Below, piece by piece: positions 1 through 14,842 of a stretch of 64,000 nt of DNA. A program made the position numbers and the translations under genes. This DNA is from Octopus sinensis. Lineage: Eukaryota. Position 1 is the first letter of the stretch. Every line of letters starts with the position of its first letter. Where the stretch lies: positions 27,714,001 through 27,778,000 of the forward strand of contig NC_043002.1 of the NCBI RefSeq assembly GCF_006345805.1, written 5' to 3'. Under the pieces are notes generated by a model. It was not told where the DNA came from. It was given only the letters and a program-made list of their open reading frames with translations, and made no database searches.

Positions 1-112
1 ATATACGTAATGTTGTTTGGTTTGTACAATTTATTAGCTTTTTTGAATACTTACTAATTACTCTCAATTTCCCGATGCATAAGCGTGAATAATTGTGCAT
101 ATATATCTATGT

Positions 113-213
113 ATATATGTGCACACACGGTCATTCATACATGAACATATATGTGCACAAACGGTCATTCATGCATGAACATATATGCACACACGGTCAG
201 TCATACACGGACA
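113..213. repeat. Tandem repeat, three ~33-bp units
   Basis: atatatgtgcacacacggtcattcatacatgaac repeated three times with substitutions; an inverted copy lies at ~541-590; a separate 18-bp unit (tacattacaagtgatgtg) repeats at 328-375. Confidence 0.8.
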
Positions 214-1233
214 CATATATGTATGTATGTACGTTTGCATGTATGCTTGTATGCATGTATGTGTTTGCATGCATGCACATATGTATGTTTGCATGCATGT
301 ATATGTACATCTATGTATGTACATACATACATTACAAGTGATGTGTACATTACAAGTGATGTATACATTACAAGTGCTATCTGTGAGTGGAATAGTAAAA
401 ATATGCAAGACTCTTCTCAAATTCCAAATGTGAATTTGTCTGTGTTAGCTACATCCCAAAGATGGAGCCATGTATCTTTGTTGAAAACCGTTCCCTCTTC
501 AGTGGAAGATTTATAATAATTAAAATATAGAAGAGACATTCATATATGTGTGCTTGTATGAATGACCGTGTGTTCACACATATATAGGTATATACATAGT
601 TGAATACATACATCCATGCATACATAACAATTACATAGTGTAATATTCAATTTAGGAATTGAGAACATTCAAAAGCTGTTTGAAATTCTTTTGTTTTTCT
701 TTCTTCACAATATTCTTTAATAGAAAGTGTGACTGATACATTCTCTCAGCTATGGGACTTTGTCAGTGAACACTTCGCGCAATTGAATTTTTGACACTTT
801 CTAGTATGTTGCAAATATTATTATGAAATAAGCGTAGGCTAATATAATAAACGCTATGTATTCTTAAAAGGTTAAAATGAAGCTTCTGCGATATTTCCAT
901 ATCAACATGCGTGCAGTCACTTACCAAACAAATATATCTACACAATTATACAATTATATCCATGTACACATGCATACAGATATTAGAAACACATATGTAC
1001 ATGAATGTGTATGAGTATGCCCAGATGTGCGTATGTATATGAATGTATGAATACATCATATCTTTGAACAATCAAACTTGCCGAGTCGACTAAGCCGCAG
1101 CCTATGAACAGTTCGCATTATACCATGTAACACTCCTTCGTGCAGGGCTTATACCTGCAGATCAACAATCAACAGAACAAGCAAGTGACACATGCCAAAG
1201 GTAAATGTCATTCAATATAGAAGGAATTATTGA

Positions 1234-1294
<61 letters not shown>

Positions 1295-2222
1295 TATATC
1301 ATATTATATTATATTATATTATATTATATTATATTATATTATATTACCACAAGGAATAATATTGTCTCTTATTATAGAAACAAAAGGGTTTATACGACTA
1401 CAAAACAAGTGCTCAAATATAAATGAGACGAAGATAAAAAAGCATTAAATTTGGGCCAACGCCTTCACATACAACACCACCCCTCAAATATTTAATCATG
1501 TATAAAAAAAAACACCATGGTCTACAAACACATAAAAAATAATGCATATACATAAAATCACAGAAGGTAAAGACCTATATTCTAATAAAATACAAATAGA
1601 ACGGCTTATCAAAAGTCAAAAATAACGACTAAAAATTCAAAACTACCAAAAAGCCAAAAAGCCTAATGGACAAATATAGAATAAATAAAAATAAAAATAA
1701 AAATAAAATAAAATAAGTGTCCAGCGACTAAAAAGATTTTATCAGACGATTAAAATATTTTTAAAAATTAAAAAAACATTTGAAAAAGTATTTTATTTCC
1801 CTCAGACAAGTACGGCCAAAGTTCATTAGTATGCAGGCTTCAACTGGTCAAATTCACATACAGTGTCACGTGACAACTTGCTGGGCCTGCCTGCTAGAGC
1901 CTAGCGCTCATTGACGCTACATCCAAGAGGCTAGGGAACAAAAGAAAGAAAAAGAAAGAAGACATGCACCCAACACCAGAGCTGAAGACACCTCCGAAGG
2001 GATGGGGGCGCCACGTCAAAACGGCAGAAGAGTAGGGGCCGAAACCGGGCGTGGTTCCTCCTGATGATGTCTTGAGCTAACTGGATCCTATAAAGGAGCT
2101 GTTGTGGTAGCACACCACGAAACACGGTTGTAATTCCTCCATCTTGAAAAAAGACCTTTACTCCCCTCATACAATTACGTTCAAAGTTCATAATAGACAA
2201 CTATCACCAGTCAAATTCAACA

Positions 2223-2321
2223 TTCACATATATCAATACCCATTTCGGGAGGTCACCACCGCAGTTCATTTACATTAAAGTGCATCATGGCGATGAACCC
2301 CCTCTTCAGGATAAACATGAA
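2223..2321 (-). ncRNA. Type I hammerhead ribozyme motif in PLE 3' region
   Basis: Minus strand: ttcatgtttatc CTGAAGA gggggttcatcgcc ... ggtggtgacctccc GAAA tgggt ATT gatatatgtgaa; stem I 11/12 and stem II 13/14 paired counting G-U; triplet AUU. Confidence 0.7.
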
Positions 2322-2351
2322 ACATGCACAGATCAAAACTTTTTATGAAAA

Positions 2352-2500
2352 TGATTCTTTATTACCCACAAGGGGCACACACAGAAAGGACAATACAATA
2401 CATGTGGGAACATATAACAATTAAGATAATAAAATTATGATAAGCATGAATAAAAAAAATGAAATGATATATGGAAAAATGAAATGATATATGTCAGGTT
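2352..2500 (-). mobile_element. 3' tail fragment of the ORF1-only/Tx1-type family inserted in the PLE
   Basis: Reverse complement ends ttgtcctttctgtgtgtgccccttgtgggtaataaagaatc and resembles 16940-17050 and 18705-18815. Confidence 0.65.
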
Positions 2501-2639
2501 TCCCATATTCACTCCTTCACATCTCTCATTACTGGGATTCGATACACCAGGTGGGAGCAAAATGTTGGCATCACTAACCCTGGGCGTATCACAACTTACC
2601 TGCCCAGAACCGGGGTTTCCATCAGAAGAACATCTCCTG

Positions 2640-3620
2640 TGACCTTGCTCATTTAACTTGCTTCTGTTTGTAGATGCAATAATGAAGGCCAAATTCGGCA
2701 TTACTGAGTAAGAGAACTTCATAGAAGACTTATTGCAAATGATGTAGTATTTATGACTCTTTGGGACGTTTTCCTCCAGAATCCTAAAATACATCTTGGG
2801 CAAATTTCTCACTCTAAGAGAAAAGTTGGGGTGAGCCATATTCTCTTATTCTAGAACGTGAGCTCTTTATTTTACTAATTATCCTCACTAGCACTATTTC
2901 GCTTCCTATACCCATTTCTAACATCATTAAACATGTTTGTAACCAATGGCTTACTTTGGTTGCAATCAGGTAATGCATTGCATTTTCCCTGATCACCGTG
3001 ACATGATCAGGTAGTAGACCAGCCATCTTGTTTTTAAATCTCCTGTTAGGTATATATGAGATTTTAGTTTTGAATCCGCTTGATTTTAGAGCGTTATTGT
3101 ACACTGGCGCATGTTGATCGAACATCTCTTCATTTGCGGATAAATTCGAGATTCTGATCGAAATAGCAATAACGATGCTATCTATAGTGGACTTTGAGTG
3201 ATTAGACGATACATTGAAATATGAGATGGATTTGTTTGTCTTACGAAATGGATAGCATAAACCCGTATCCAAACATAATGTAAGGTCCATCAAATTCACC
3301 ACTCTGGAGGTAATATCAAATATAATGTTAAGATTAAAGAAATCCTTTAAGAAACATCTGAGGGATTTCCTCAATCTATTCAATGCAGTTTTAGACTGGC
3401 TATGTTTAGCTAGAAGTGCATCATCCCTACGCAGTCGCCCGGTGAGGAGAGGAAAACTATCCTTAATCTATCCATGGTTATATCGAAGTAATTGGTGGAA
3501 TCAACTCTCTGCCAATCACGCTCATTGTAGGAGGGTCTCCCTTGCCACTAAATTTACATCAATATCTGAACTAGGTAAACCGAAAATTTGCGGGCAAAAA
3601 TCAAGGCTTTATTCAGCAAT
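2640..3620 (-). pseudogene. Penelope-like reverse transcriptase and thumb/linker relic
   Basis: Frameshifted motifs LLNKALIFAR, YFDITM, LRRDDAL (YRDD-like), VNLMDLTLCLDTG..PFRK..SSNH, YNNALKSSG, HPNFS..KFSYSVMPN, typical of GIY-YIG PLEs. Confidence 0.8.
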
Positions 3621-4574
3621 ATAGATGAAGGGTGGTGTTGTATGTAAAGTCGTTGATCCAAATTTAATGTTTCTTCTATAACCAGTGCTTCTTTATATCA
3701 TATATTATATATATTACAAATATATATATGTATGTGTGTATGTATGTATGTATGTATGTATGTATGTATGTATGTATGTATGTATGTATGTATGTATATA
3801 TGTATGTATGTATGTATGTACGTATGTATGTATGCATGTATATACTTGATACAGTGAGTTTCATTGCGCCAAGTGTCAGACTAACTACCAACATCCAAAC
3901 TCCTCGATGTTAACTACTTGATATGTCTTTGAGAGGAAGTCAATTCACTTTCGTCTGGAGCTTTTATTATTCTTGGCAAAGTGGTTTGGTTAAGTATGTG
4001 TAGTTAAGAATTTCGCTTTACAAGCGTGTGCTTTTGAATTCAATTCCATTGTGCAACACCTCGGCACATTGGGTAAGTGTATTTCATTATTGCCAATATA
4101 GTAGAGAAAACTTTAAAAATACTTTTATAGGTTTTCTGTAAGCCTCCTCTCTTTCTCTCTATCACTCTCTCTCTCTTTCTCTCTCTCCCTCTCTCTTGTC
4201 CCATATATTTGGTCCTGAGAGAGGCGTGGCATTATTCGGACTGAATATGATGCTTTGTCTGTCAATGTCATGTGTGTGTGTGTGTTCTAGGTGATATGCG
4301 AGTTATTGATAATTTTCATAGCGAAGGAAAAAGGTATATAGGTATATGGTTGGAAATTTAACATCGACTGTTGTATTTGTTGCGAGACACTGATGATAAA
4401 GTACACGATTGCGTGATATTTTTTTCCTACTGTTATGCTATTATGTCGGCATTTTCTGAAGCGTGCGTTTGTATATGAAGTGTTTTGTACGACACATATT
4501 TTCTGTCAATAATTATTATATTGTGTATATATATGTGTGCTCGCGCGAGACTGTGTGTATGTGTAAATATATAC

Positions 4575-4644
<70 letters not shown>

Positions 4645-5394
4645 TATATATATGTATGTATGTATATGTATATGTATGTATATTGAAAATTGAATAAATA
4701 TTAATGTTCTGTATTCTCTCGCTAAAGTATCTCATCATAGAGGGAAATTAGTACAAATCAACTAAATATCATCGTTCTATTCACTTTAATGGGTTTCCTA
4801 TCGATTTAAGATAAATTTTTGGCGTTCGTTTAAACAACCCCCTTTACAAATATTTGTTGGTTGTCCATAATAATTTCAAAGTAATATTTCATATTAAATA
4901 TTTAGCACTTAATTGATTTTGTTCGCGATTCTAAGTTAAATTATCAATAGCTAGGCAGTTACAGACAATTTTTAAAATCAAAACAGTAATTAGCTTTTTA
5001 CTTCATGAACGTAGTGTCAAAGCTGTGTGAGAGAGAGAGGAGTATACGCTGACATATGAATATGCGACATTTAACCAGATTTACAAAGATAACGTTTACT
5101 GTCTGTATTTAGTATTGATTTACTTTTGCAATAATTATTTAATTTCGTCTATATTACAAAGTATTTCTACTTTGGTTTTAATATATTCATAAATGTTTGA
5201 TTTCCGCTGAAGTCTGATTTTGCTTTTATTCTTCCGGTGTCAATATTTTCTAAGTACCAGTTCCTCCAATCACAAATGCGGAAACTTGTGTCTACGTTAG
5301 AAGTAAATATTTTCATGATTGTTTTTGTTACAAGATATACATATATATTTTTATGCATTTTTGTATTTATTTATATTTACATACATATATGTAC

Positions 5395-5630
5395 CTCTCT
5401 CCTTCTCTTTCTCTTTCTCCCTCATATTCTTCTATTTGTTTCAATCATTTGATTGCGACCATGCTGGAGCACCGCCTTTAGCCGAACAAATCGACCCCGA
5501 GGACTTATTCTTTGTAAGCCTAGTACTTATTCTATCGGCCTCTTTTGCCGAACCGCTAAGTTCGAGGACGTAAACACAACAACATCGGTTGCCAAGCGAT
5601 GATGGGGGAAGAAACACAGACATAGCCACA
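5395..5630 (-). mobile_element. Abundant tRNA-derived SINE (OK-like), 3' half
   Basis: Matches 14525-14752 and 57275-57487 (ggcggtgctccagcatgg, aataagtactaggcttacaaagaataagtcc). Confidence 0.85.
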
Positions 5631-5899
5631 GCACCGAGCTGAAACTATAGAAAAAATATATATGTAAATAAAGAAAATAAGGCAAGGTACAAAGTGTTGA
5701 AATCATTTTATCCCGAAGAACATTTTAGTAACGTTTCAGTCTTTCCGACTTTTTCAGCTTAGAGTAAAGCATGAAGAACAATTAAATTGTGGAAAAATTG
5801 AATGAAATGTTTCTTTTTAAATATTTCCATAGTTTTCAAATACAAGGAACATTTTCCTTCTCTCCCACTCTCCTCTATCTCTTTCTTTTACTCTTATAT

Positions 5900-6118
5900 T
5901 TTAATTATTTCATTTGTTATAGTCATGTGACTGCAACCATGCTAAAGCACCGCCTTGTAGGATCTTAACGGAATAAATCGACCGCAAGACGTATTATTCG
6001 ACCGGTTTCTTTTGACGAACCGCTAAGTTACGGGGACGTAAACACACCAACACTGATTGTCAAACGGTGATCGAGAAAGAAGCACAGGTTCAAACATACA
6101 CACACACATATATATATA

Positions 6119-6163
<45 letters not shown>

Positions 6164-6167
6164 TTAT

Positions 6168-6198
<31 letters not shown>

Positions 6199-6207
6199 TA
6201 TATATAT

Positions 6208-6244
<37 letters not shown>

Positions 6245-6292
6245 TATATATTATATATATATAGATATATATAGATATATTATATAAGATAT

Positions 6293-6365
<73 letters not shown>

Positions 6366-6530
6366 TATCCGACGGGATTATTCCAGTTTCCGTCTACCAA
6401 ATCCACTGACAAGAGGTTGGTCGGCTCGACGCTATAGTGGAAGTAATTTGCCCCAGGTGCCATGCAGTAGGACTGAACCCGGAACCATGTGGTTGCAAAG
6501 CAAGCTTTTCACCACACAGACATGCCTGCG
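5900..6530 (-). mobile_element. OK-like SINE, near full length, with expanded internal microsatellite
   Basis: Head at 6370-6530 (gtaggactgaacccggaaccatgtggttg), 3' half at 5900-6090, TA/GATA/CATA repeats between. Confidence 0.8.
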
Positions 6531-7384
6531 CATCTGTGTGTGTATGTGTGTGTGCATGTGTGTGTATGTGCGCGCGCGTGTGCTTATGTGTGTGTGTATT
6601 AGGAAAAAGGAGGTACTCAGAATTTTAGATAACTCTTTATTAGCACATTCGTCTATATATATTACATGAGATATGGATGCTCGTACTAAAATTTCTTTTG
6701 TGCACGCTGTCTGACGACTCCGCCTAGTTTCACATGTACTCGAGGAGAAGTGTTGTATTTATATGTCTGATGCAGCAGTTTGAGTCATAATATTTACAAT
6801 TTTCATGTCTACATTAAAAAGTCTATATAAAATTTCGGTCGTCTAAATTGGTTCGCAAGTTTACAAGTGTCCTGCTGAAGTGAAGGTTTCCAATTTTAGT
6901 GTTGTACTAATTTTGTTGTGTCTAGGGTGAGTGGTTATGCTAATATCAATAACACACGCACTGGTTCAGTTCTACTCCTCTATTACTAGACAGTTGCTTA
7001 TATATTTATCCAACTAAGTACTCGAGCCTTTCTTTAACCTGTTGCTTAGACAGTCAGTCGTCTGTTTTATCTTTTGTTTTATGTTTTATTTTCCTTTATG
7101 TTTTATGTTTTGTTTTTTTTTGTTGTAATAATATTTCCTGAGATTGTGGTTGGGTGTGATATATATTTTGACTCGTTTGTGATCGTTTCTGCGTGACAGT
7201 CATCCATTCTGTAACAAGTGCACCTTGAGTCTTGTATATTCTAAATGGAGTTTCTATAATTTTAATGGATGATGCAATGGCTTCATCAGTATGGATAAAT
7301 TTATAGACGAATATTACGAAGGGTAAGGCCATCAATATATTAAGGCACCCGTTATTAACTGATGTTTGTTTTACTTTTCATCAT

Positions 7385-8175
<791 letters not shown>

Positions 8176-8279
8176 GTGGCCTTTAAAAAAAAATTATTGA
8201 CATCTTTGTTTTTTAGGCAATATTCAAAATGTAAGAGAAGATTTTACTAATAATATGTTACAACATGGAAACGCTCACT

Positions 8280-8600
8280 ATCTCTACGCATGTTTGGTCA
8301 TTTCCTCGTACTTGTCTAAAACGATGCGCTGTACGTGATATTCTTTATTTATATCTATATAAATAATCTAGACATAGGATGCTGTTGTCGTATGAATTTC
8401 AGCTAAGGCTGTATCGGTTTCTTCGTAGATATAAGATTTGGATTATTTTTCAGATCAGCTTTAAATCTATTAACCGACTCTTCCGTATCTTCCACAATAA
8501 AGATGTCATCAAGATAACTGTAGATTTCGAAAATAATTCTTTATATGGCGAATTCGGTACTTCAAGCTATAATTGGTCAGTTACCAAGCGTGGAAGAGCA
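8280..8600 (-). pseudogene. Degraded reverse transcriptase fragment, possibly PLE
   Basis: Minus frame EIYSYLDDIFIVEDTEESVNRFKADLK (YLDD at 8516-8505), followed by NSILCLD resembling the PFLD motif. Confidence 0.45.
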
Positions 8601-8938
8601 AGTTAAACTACATACATAAATATTATAGAACATAAAGGCTATTGCCTTACGTAATATCCCACATAGTTTTGATGATTGCAACAATAAACTATGTCAAGAT
8701 TCAAATTATGAGGGAATCAACTGCAAAATTTCAGCGCGACTTGCGATTGTATATTATAAACATCTATGCGAGAGAGAAAACAAATGTTTCATGACCAGAT
8801 CTTAGTCACAAATACACACCCCGCACATAATGTTCATGGGCGCGTGTATGCACACGCGTTTATGTTTGTCTCTCTGTATGTATGTCTGTATGTATGTATG
8901 TACGTATGTATGTGTGCGTGTATATATATACATACATA

Positions 8939-9160
8939 CGGTGAGCTGGCAGAAACGTTAGCGCGCCGAGTGAAATGCTTAGCGGTATTTCGTCTGTCGT
9001 TACGTTCTGAGTTCAAATTTCGCCGATGTCGACTTTGCCTATCATCCTCTCGGGGTCGATAAATAAAGTTTCGCACTGGGTTGATATAATCGACTTAATC
9101 CCTTTGTCTGTCCTTGCTTGTCCCCTCTATGTTTAGCCCCTTGTGGGTAGTAAAGGAATA
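8939..9160 (+). mobile_element. Nin/Deu-domain tRNA-derived SINE with Tx1-type tail
   Basis: Head gtgagctggcagaaacgttagc..ttctgagttcaaatt, core gactttgcctatcatcctctcggggtcgataaa, tail ttgtcccctctatgtttagccccttgtgggtagtaaag. Confidence 0.8.
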
Positions 9161-9196
9161 TATATACATACTTACATATATAGACATATATATACA

Positions 9197-9940
9197 TATA
9201 AACTTAGATAAACTTAGATATGTTTCGACCAAAGATTGGTCCAGGCCATGTCTAACTTAATAGCACCACCTGATAGGATTATTCGAATCCTGTTTAAGTC
9301 AAGTTTTGTTTAAGTCAAGTTTTGTTCAAGTAGTGAGTTCTTGTTGGGTGAGTTGTATCCAGTTTTGTTCAAGTAGTGAGTTCTTGTTGGGTGAGTTATA
9401 TCCAATTATGGGTGGCTTATCTGGTATTCTTTGAAGGAATCTATCCAGACTCTGTTTAAAGTTGATGGGATCCTTTTCCTCTTTGATCTCTCTCGGGACA
9501 ATGTTAAATAGGGCAGGGCCTGTTGAGGAAAAGAAATTATGCTGTAGTGTACATGTATGTTGTGATCTTGAATTGGGCAGGGGACGTATAGTCCGTGGTC
9601 CAAGTCTTCGATGAACCTTGAAGCTAATGTTTAGGTCGTTTGGGCAAAGTTGGCGGTATATTTTCCACATCGTACAAATGATGTACCGCTCACGGCGACG
9701 CTGGAGGGAGTAAAGTTTCAAGGCTTTAAGGCGATCCCAATAATCGAGAGCAGCCATGCCTTCAATGCGTTTAGTGAGTGCCCTCTGGGGTGACTCAATT
9801 CTGGAGATGTTTTGTCTTGTGTGAGGAGACCACAGTGGGCAGCAGTATTCAAGGTGTGTCCGTACAAAGGAGGAAAAAGTGGTATGATGACACCTTGTTC
9901 TCTGGACCGGAAAGTTCTTAAGATCCAGGAACTCATCCTA
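9197..9940 (-). mobile_element. CR1/L2-group LINE 3' fragment
   Basis: WILRTFRSRE, LDYWDRLKALKLYSLQRRRERYII, GPALFNIVPREI..FKQSLDRFLQRIPDKP; tandem 3' tail atctaagttt; internal 43-bp duplication at 9320-9405. Confidence 0.85.
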
Positions 9941-9944
9941 CGAG

Positions 9945-10034
<90 letters not shown>

Positions 10035-10073
10035 CATATATGCGGACATACATACATACAAGCAAACATAGAA

Positions 10074-10126
<53 letters not shown>

Positions 10127-10913
10127 CACGTAAACTGCGAGACAGATGTACATATATATAGATATATGAACGTATATAAGTATATTCAAGTGTATGGACT
10201 AGCAAAAGAAAGTGGCGATCAATAATTTTGGCAGGAGTTACATAAATTATTTTATAAGAGTTTGACCCAGATCTACGTAGTGTCTTAGAACAAACCTATC
10301 TTGTCAGACATCTCCCTATTATTGAATAATGCGCGCAGGCACACACGCACACACACACACGCATGCACACACACACACACAAATACACACATACAAATAT
10401 GTATGTTTATTTAGCAATGTAACCACACACATGCTGTTGACGATTTCTTTTCTTTCTTTGGACGTTTCCATTTCTCCTTTCCGACGAACAGCTATGCTCG
10501 AAATGTCAAACTCTCTCTTTTCACCAAGCGTCAAGCTAATACATTCTTTGTGCGCGTCCTCTTGTTGTCCGTTAATTTCATTATTCATTTTTTAATTGAT
10601 TAATTGATTGTTTATTTGAATTCACTATACATATTTATATGTGTAAATATATATATATGTATGTATGTATGTATTTTCTGTCCCTGTTTCGTATACATTC
10701 GATCCTTCTTCCAAGAAATCTAATGCTCGTAGCTTAGTTTTCCCTTGGGGCTGGCCGGATCGGAGCGATCTCAAGATTAATCAGCCGAAATTGCTAGGAT
10801 GATCCGGTTCTTGACTGAAGATTGAAGGCTTCGAATGTCCCGTCCGTGTTTTTTGTATCGTCTTCTAAATGTTTTACGTTCTTGTCCCAGTTTGTATTTT
10901 TCTACATACATAT

Positions 10914-10971
<58 letters not shown>

Positions 10972-10974
<3 letters not shown>

Positions 10975-11211
10975 CTAGATATATAGCTAGATAGATAGCT
11001 AGATATATAGCTAGATAGATAGCTAGATAGATAGCTAGATAGATAGCTAGATAGATAGCTAGATATATAGCTAGATAGATAGCTAGATAGATAGCTAGAT
11101 AGATAGCTAGATAGCTAGATATATAGCTAGATAGATAGCTAGATAGATAGATAGCTAGATAGATAGATAGATATATAGCTAGATAGATAGCTAGATAGAT
11201 AGATAGATAGC

Positions 11212-11286
<75 letters not shown>
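10972..11286. repeat. (GATA)n microsatellite with higher-order AGCTAGATAGAT units
   Basis: Read directly from the sequence. Confidence 0.95.
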
Positions 11287-11287
<1 letters not shown>

Positions 11288-11697
11288 CCGTTCCCACCAT
11301 ATTGACATGATTTCAACTACAAGCAAAACGTCCTTAAACGTCCAATGCTATTCCCTGCATATCCTCTTTTATATCAGAGTGATTTTCTCTCATAGAATTG
11401 TTTTAGCAAAAGCTGAGGGTATCCCACTCCCAATGGTCTTCCACCACGCCACAACAACCCGGAACTTCTGAATGCTTACTTATTCGTTAAACCACACTGG
11501 ATTCATCAGTACATTTGACAAGTTTTGATATTTGTCCTGCAGGATTTCTAGCAGCTCTCTTCATCAGGCTGCCGATCGAATTGTCGGCGACCTGACCATG
11601 TAAGAGGTTGTATACCAGAAAGTATGTTACGAGTAACACTTGCGAGGGACTTCACAAGTTAACTGACGCAACACACGCTCACAATACATACTCACAC

Positions 11698-11743
<46 letters not shown>

Positions 11744-11841
11744 ACATATACACATATATATATATATAAATACTCATATACATTTATATATATATATATG
11801 TATATATATATATAATTACTTATATACATATATATATATAT

Positions 11842-12070
11842 ATCACCGTGATCACCGCCTTCAAATGAGGCGAGCAGGCCAACAGAAAAAACAGTGAGAG
11901 AAAGTTGTAGCGAAAGAGTACAGCAGGGATCGCCGCCATCCCCTACCGGAGCCTCGTGGAGCTTTAGGTGTTTTCGCTCAATAAACACTCACAACGCCTG
12001 GTCTGGGAATCGAAACCGCGATCCTACGACCGCGAGTACGCTGCCGTAACCACTGGGCTATTGCGCCTCC
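11842..12070 (-). mobile_element. tRNA-derived SINE (OR-like), internally deleted
   Basis: Reverse complement of the 42337 head (ggaggcgcaat..ggtttcgattcccagacc) with a short tail ending cggtgatcacggtgat. Confidence 0.85.
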
Positions 12071-12240
12071 ACTATATATATATATATATAACACTGAAGC
12101 AAAGTAACACCAAATATATAGTCCGTGTGTTTTTTATTGGGTAAACTGGCAAAATAACCATTCCTAAATACAACAATATCTGTTTCAACACACATAAAAT
12201 ATCTTGCACAACAAATATTAAACATATATATATGTATATA

Positions 12241-12444
<204 letters not shown>

Positions 12445-12765
12445 TATATACATACAAAAGATCCAAGAATTGAGGTGTAGAAAGAAGTTAACTTCAAGCA
12501 ATTCGTAGTAAATATACAAAAAAAACAACTTTCAGTGACAATAGTGGTCTATTGAGTCGGAAGATTGTAGATTATTCTTCTTATCGAAGTACGATAAATT
12601 GAAAAAAAAGTTCTTTTTATATTTCACGGTAGGCCACAAGGATGTCCTTGGCTTGGACAATAGGCTGTGGTATACAGCTCGCTTGGATATTTATCACTTG
12701 CAAAATTCTGTGCCATGAAATATATGTAGCCTGGATTTTATCAACTCCGTTCCTTAACTCTTGTG

Positions 12766-12834
<69 letters not shown>

Positions 12835-13429
12835 TGTTCCTTCCCGCGAGACATGCCTGTCTCATAAGGGCCAGATTCCTGGTTTCATTGGCGCATAGTT
12901 TTCCCACCTTGACGGGACGCCGGTCTGTCGTAGGTGAGGTATATATGTATATTCCACGATATTATACATAAGATTCGCAAGTTCTTCACAATTATGTATC
13001 GTTACATATTATTGCGATGATACTTTGGCATATATAGATACCACCAAGTTTCACGTAGGGCAGTATCATATGAGGACTCACTGTGCTCCGGCGTTTAGTA
13101 TTCGTAGTAGTATATGCATGATTGTGCAGACCTGTACACGTTAGCTGCACAGTGTAATTAATATAAAGTGCTGAGTTTAATGTTCATGTTTGTTGAAAAG
13201 TTATAATTAGACATTCTTGTGGTGGGATCAGGACTTGCTGACTGAAATCCCATGCTGTCATTGAGATGATGGCAAACGCTAATCAAGCGAGGAATCTACC
13301 AGCATGATAAAATCTCGAAACGTCCAGTCGCAACAATGAAATATATTTGGAGCAGCATTAACAGACAATCTATAGACTATACTTATCAACATTATTTATT
13401 CGGAAATGTAACTGCATACTTCATACTAA

Positions 13430-14488
13430 ATTACAATGAAAACGTTTGGCGCATGCATGTTGATTTTCTTGCACCTAGAAAGATACAGAATAAGATTTTT
13501 ACAGTAGAATTTGCTAAATTAATCACCTGTAAATGGAACTAAAAAGTACTTCTTAAAATTAAAATTATAATGTACATAAAATATTGTAGCCGAGAATAAC
13601 ATTTTTTAAATTTACGATACTTTATTAAAACAAAAATTATAAAAAACATTACTGGGTTTTTCCAACAATAAACCCATCCGATTTTAAGCCTATGGGCTTA
13701 TATTCATACACTCTTTTCATGTATAGCCCCAGTAATTTTTATTATTTTCAAAAAAAAAAAAACATATTTAAGCAAAAGTCTTTGTCTGTATTTAAGCTCA
13801 TGGGCTTATTTTTGGAAAAAGCAGTATTTAAAAAATGAAATTAAATAAAATCAATTTGATATAAATACAGTAGAATTCGCTTAATTATCCATCCCTAAGA
13901 GAAAATTGAAAGTCACAAATTAGATGAAATAATGACTTAGCCAAAGACGCTAATTCAACTACATAATACAGTCGAATTAGTGTCTAATAACTTCTACTTA
14001 TGATTTATTTGTCAGATTTAATTTTTTTGTTTTTTTTTAATGTGGAAGAATTGACTGTGCATGAGGTTGATTTGAAACCATTTAATGACTATTCTACACC
14101 AATCAATTTTTTTCTTTTTTGTTAACGGGATTTCAATTCAAGTGAAAAAAAACTTGTGTAATATTATTTGCAACTTTATATTTTATCGCTTGTACTTGAT
14201 ACAACTAAATAAAATCACTATCTTAACTATATATTTCAAAAGACGTGATTTAAAAAATATTTTTGTTTAAATTTGTTTTTGTTTATTTTTGTAGCATGTT
14301 TTTAAAGATTTACTTGTTTTTTAGATTCTCATAAGAAATAAAATAAATTATCTCAAATTTGCCTAATATAATGTATTTTAATTTTTTTAAATGTTATTCT
14401 CGGCTGCAATATTTTAAGTGCAGTAGAATTTTAATTTTAAGTACTTTTTAGTTTCCTTTAGAGGTGACAGAGGCCCGTCGTATATATG

Positions 14489-14529
<41 letters not shown>

Positions 14530-14842
14530 ATATGTTTGCGTGTCTGTGTTTGTCCCCCCAACATCGCTTGACAACCGATGCTGATGTGTTTACGTCCCCG
14601 TAACTTAGCGGTTCGGTAAAAGGAGCCCGATAGAATAAGTACTAGGCTTACAATGAATAAGTCCTGGGGGCGATTTACTCAACTAAAGGCGGTGCTCCAG
14701 CATGGCTGCAGTCAAATTACTGAAACAAGTAAAAGAGTAAAAGAGTAAGAGTAAACTCTACTGTAGAAATCTTGTTCTGTTCTTTTCCAGGTATAATAAC
14801 ATACTAATATTAACATGCATGCACCCGTATTTTTCATTGCAA
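13430..14842. mobile_element. Non-autonomous DNA transposon/foldback with ~180-bp imperfect TIRs
   Basis: 13430-13610 is inverted relative to 14382-14467 plus 14752-14842; the right arm is split by a SINE. Confidence 0.65.
14469..14752 (+). mobile_element. OK-like SINE 3' half
   Basis: gcccgtcgtatata..gtgtttgtccccccaacatcgcttgacaaccg..ctgaaacaagtaaaagagtaaaagag. Confidence 0.85.

Larger units (their letters stand above)
1443..3672 (-). mobile_element. Degenerate 5'-truncated Penelope-like element with an inverted terminal copy
   Basis: PLE-type RT and linker fragments at 3620-2640, hammerhead at 2321-2223, and ~50-bp inverted repeat at 1443-1490 versus 3621-3670. Confidence 0.65.

Noticed and set aside
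151-516. 121-aa ORF with a non-repetitive C-terminus
   Set aside because: Mostly minisatellite; no recognisable domain or convincing splice context
1975-2140. Two plus-strand CTGA(A/T)GA..GAAAC hammerhead-like motifs
   Set aside because: Stems I and II do not pair in register with the cores; at most heavily decayed
4388-4462. TGATGA..CTGA spacing like a C/D-box snoRNA
   Set aside because: No terminal stem or recognisable guide; such boxes are common by chance
7175-7295. Minus-strand CTGATGA with a long internal stem and GAAAC
   Set aside because: Base of stem II, cleavage triplet and stem I do not fit a hammerhead
11286-11640. Possible old LINE RT fragment on the minus strand
   Set aside because: Similarity too weak to support by eye
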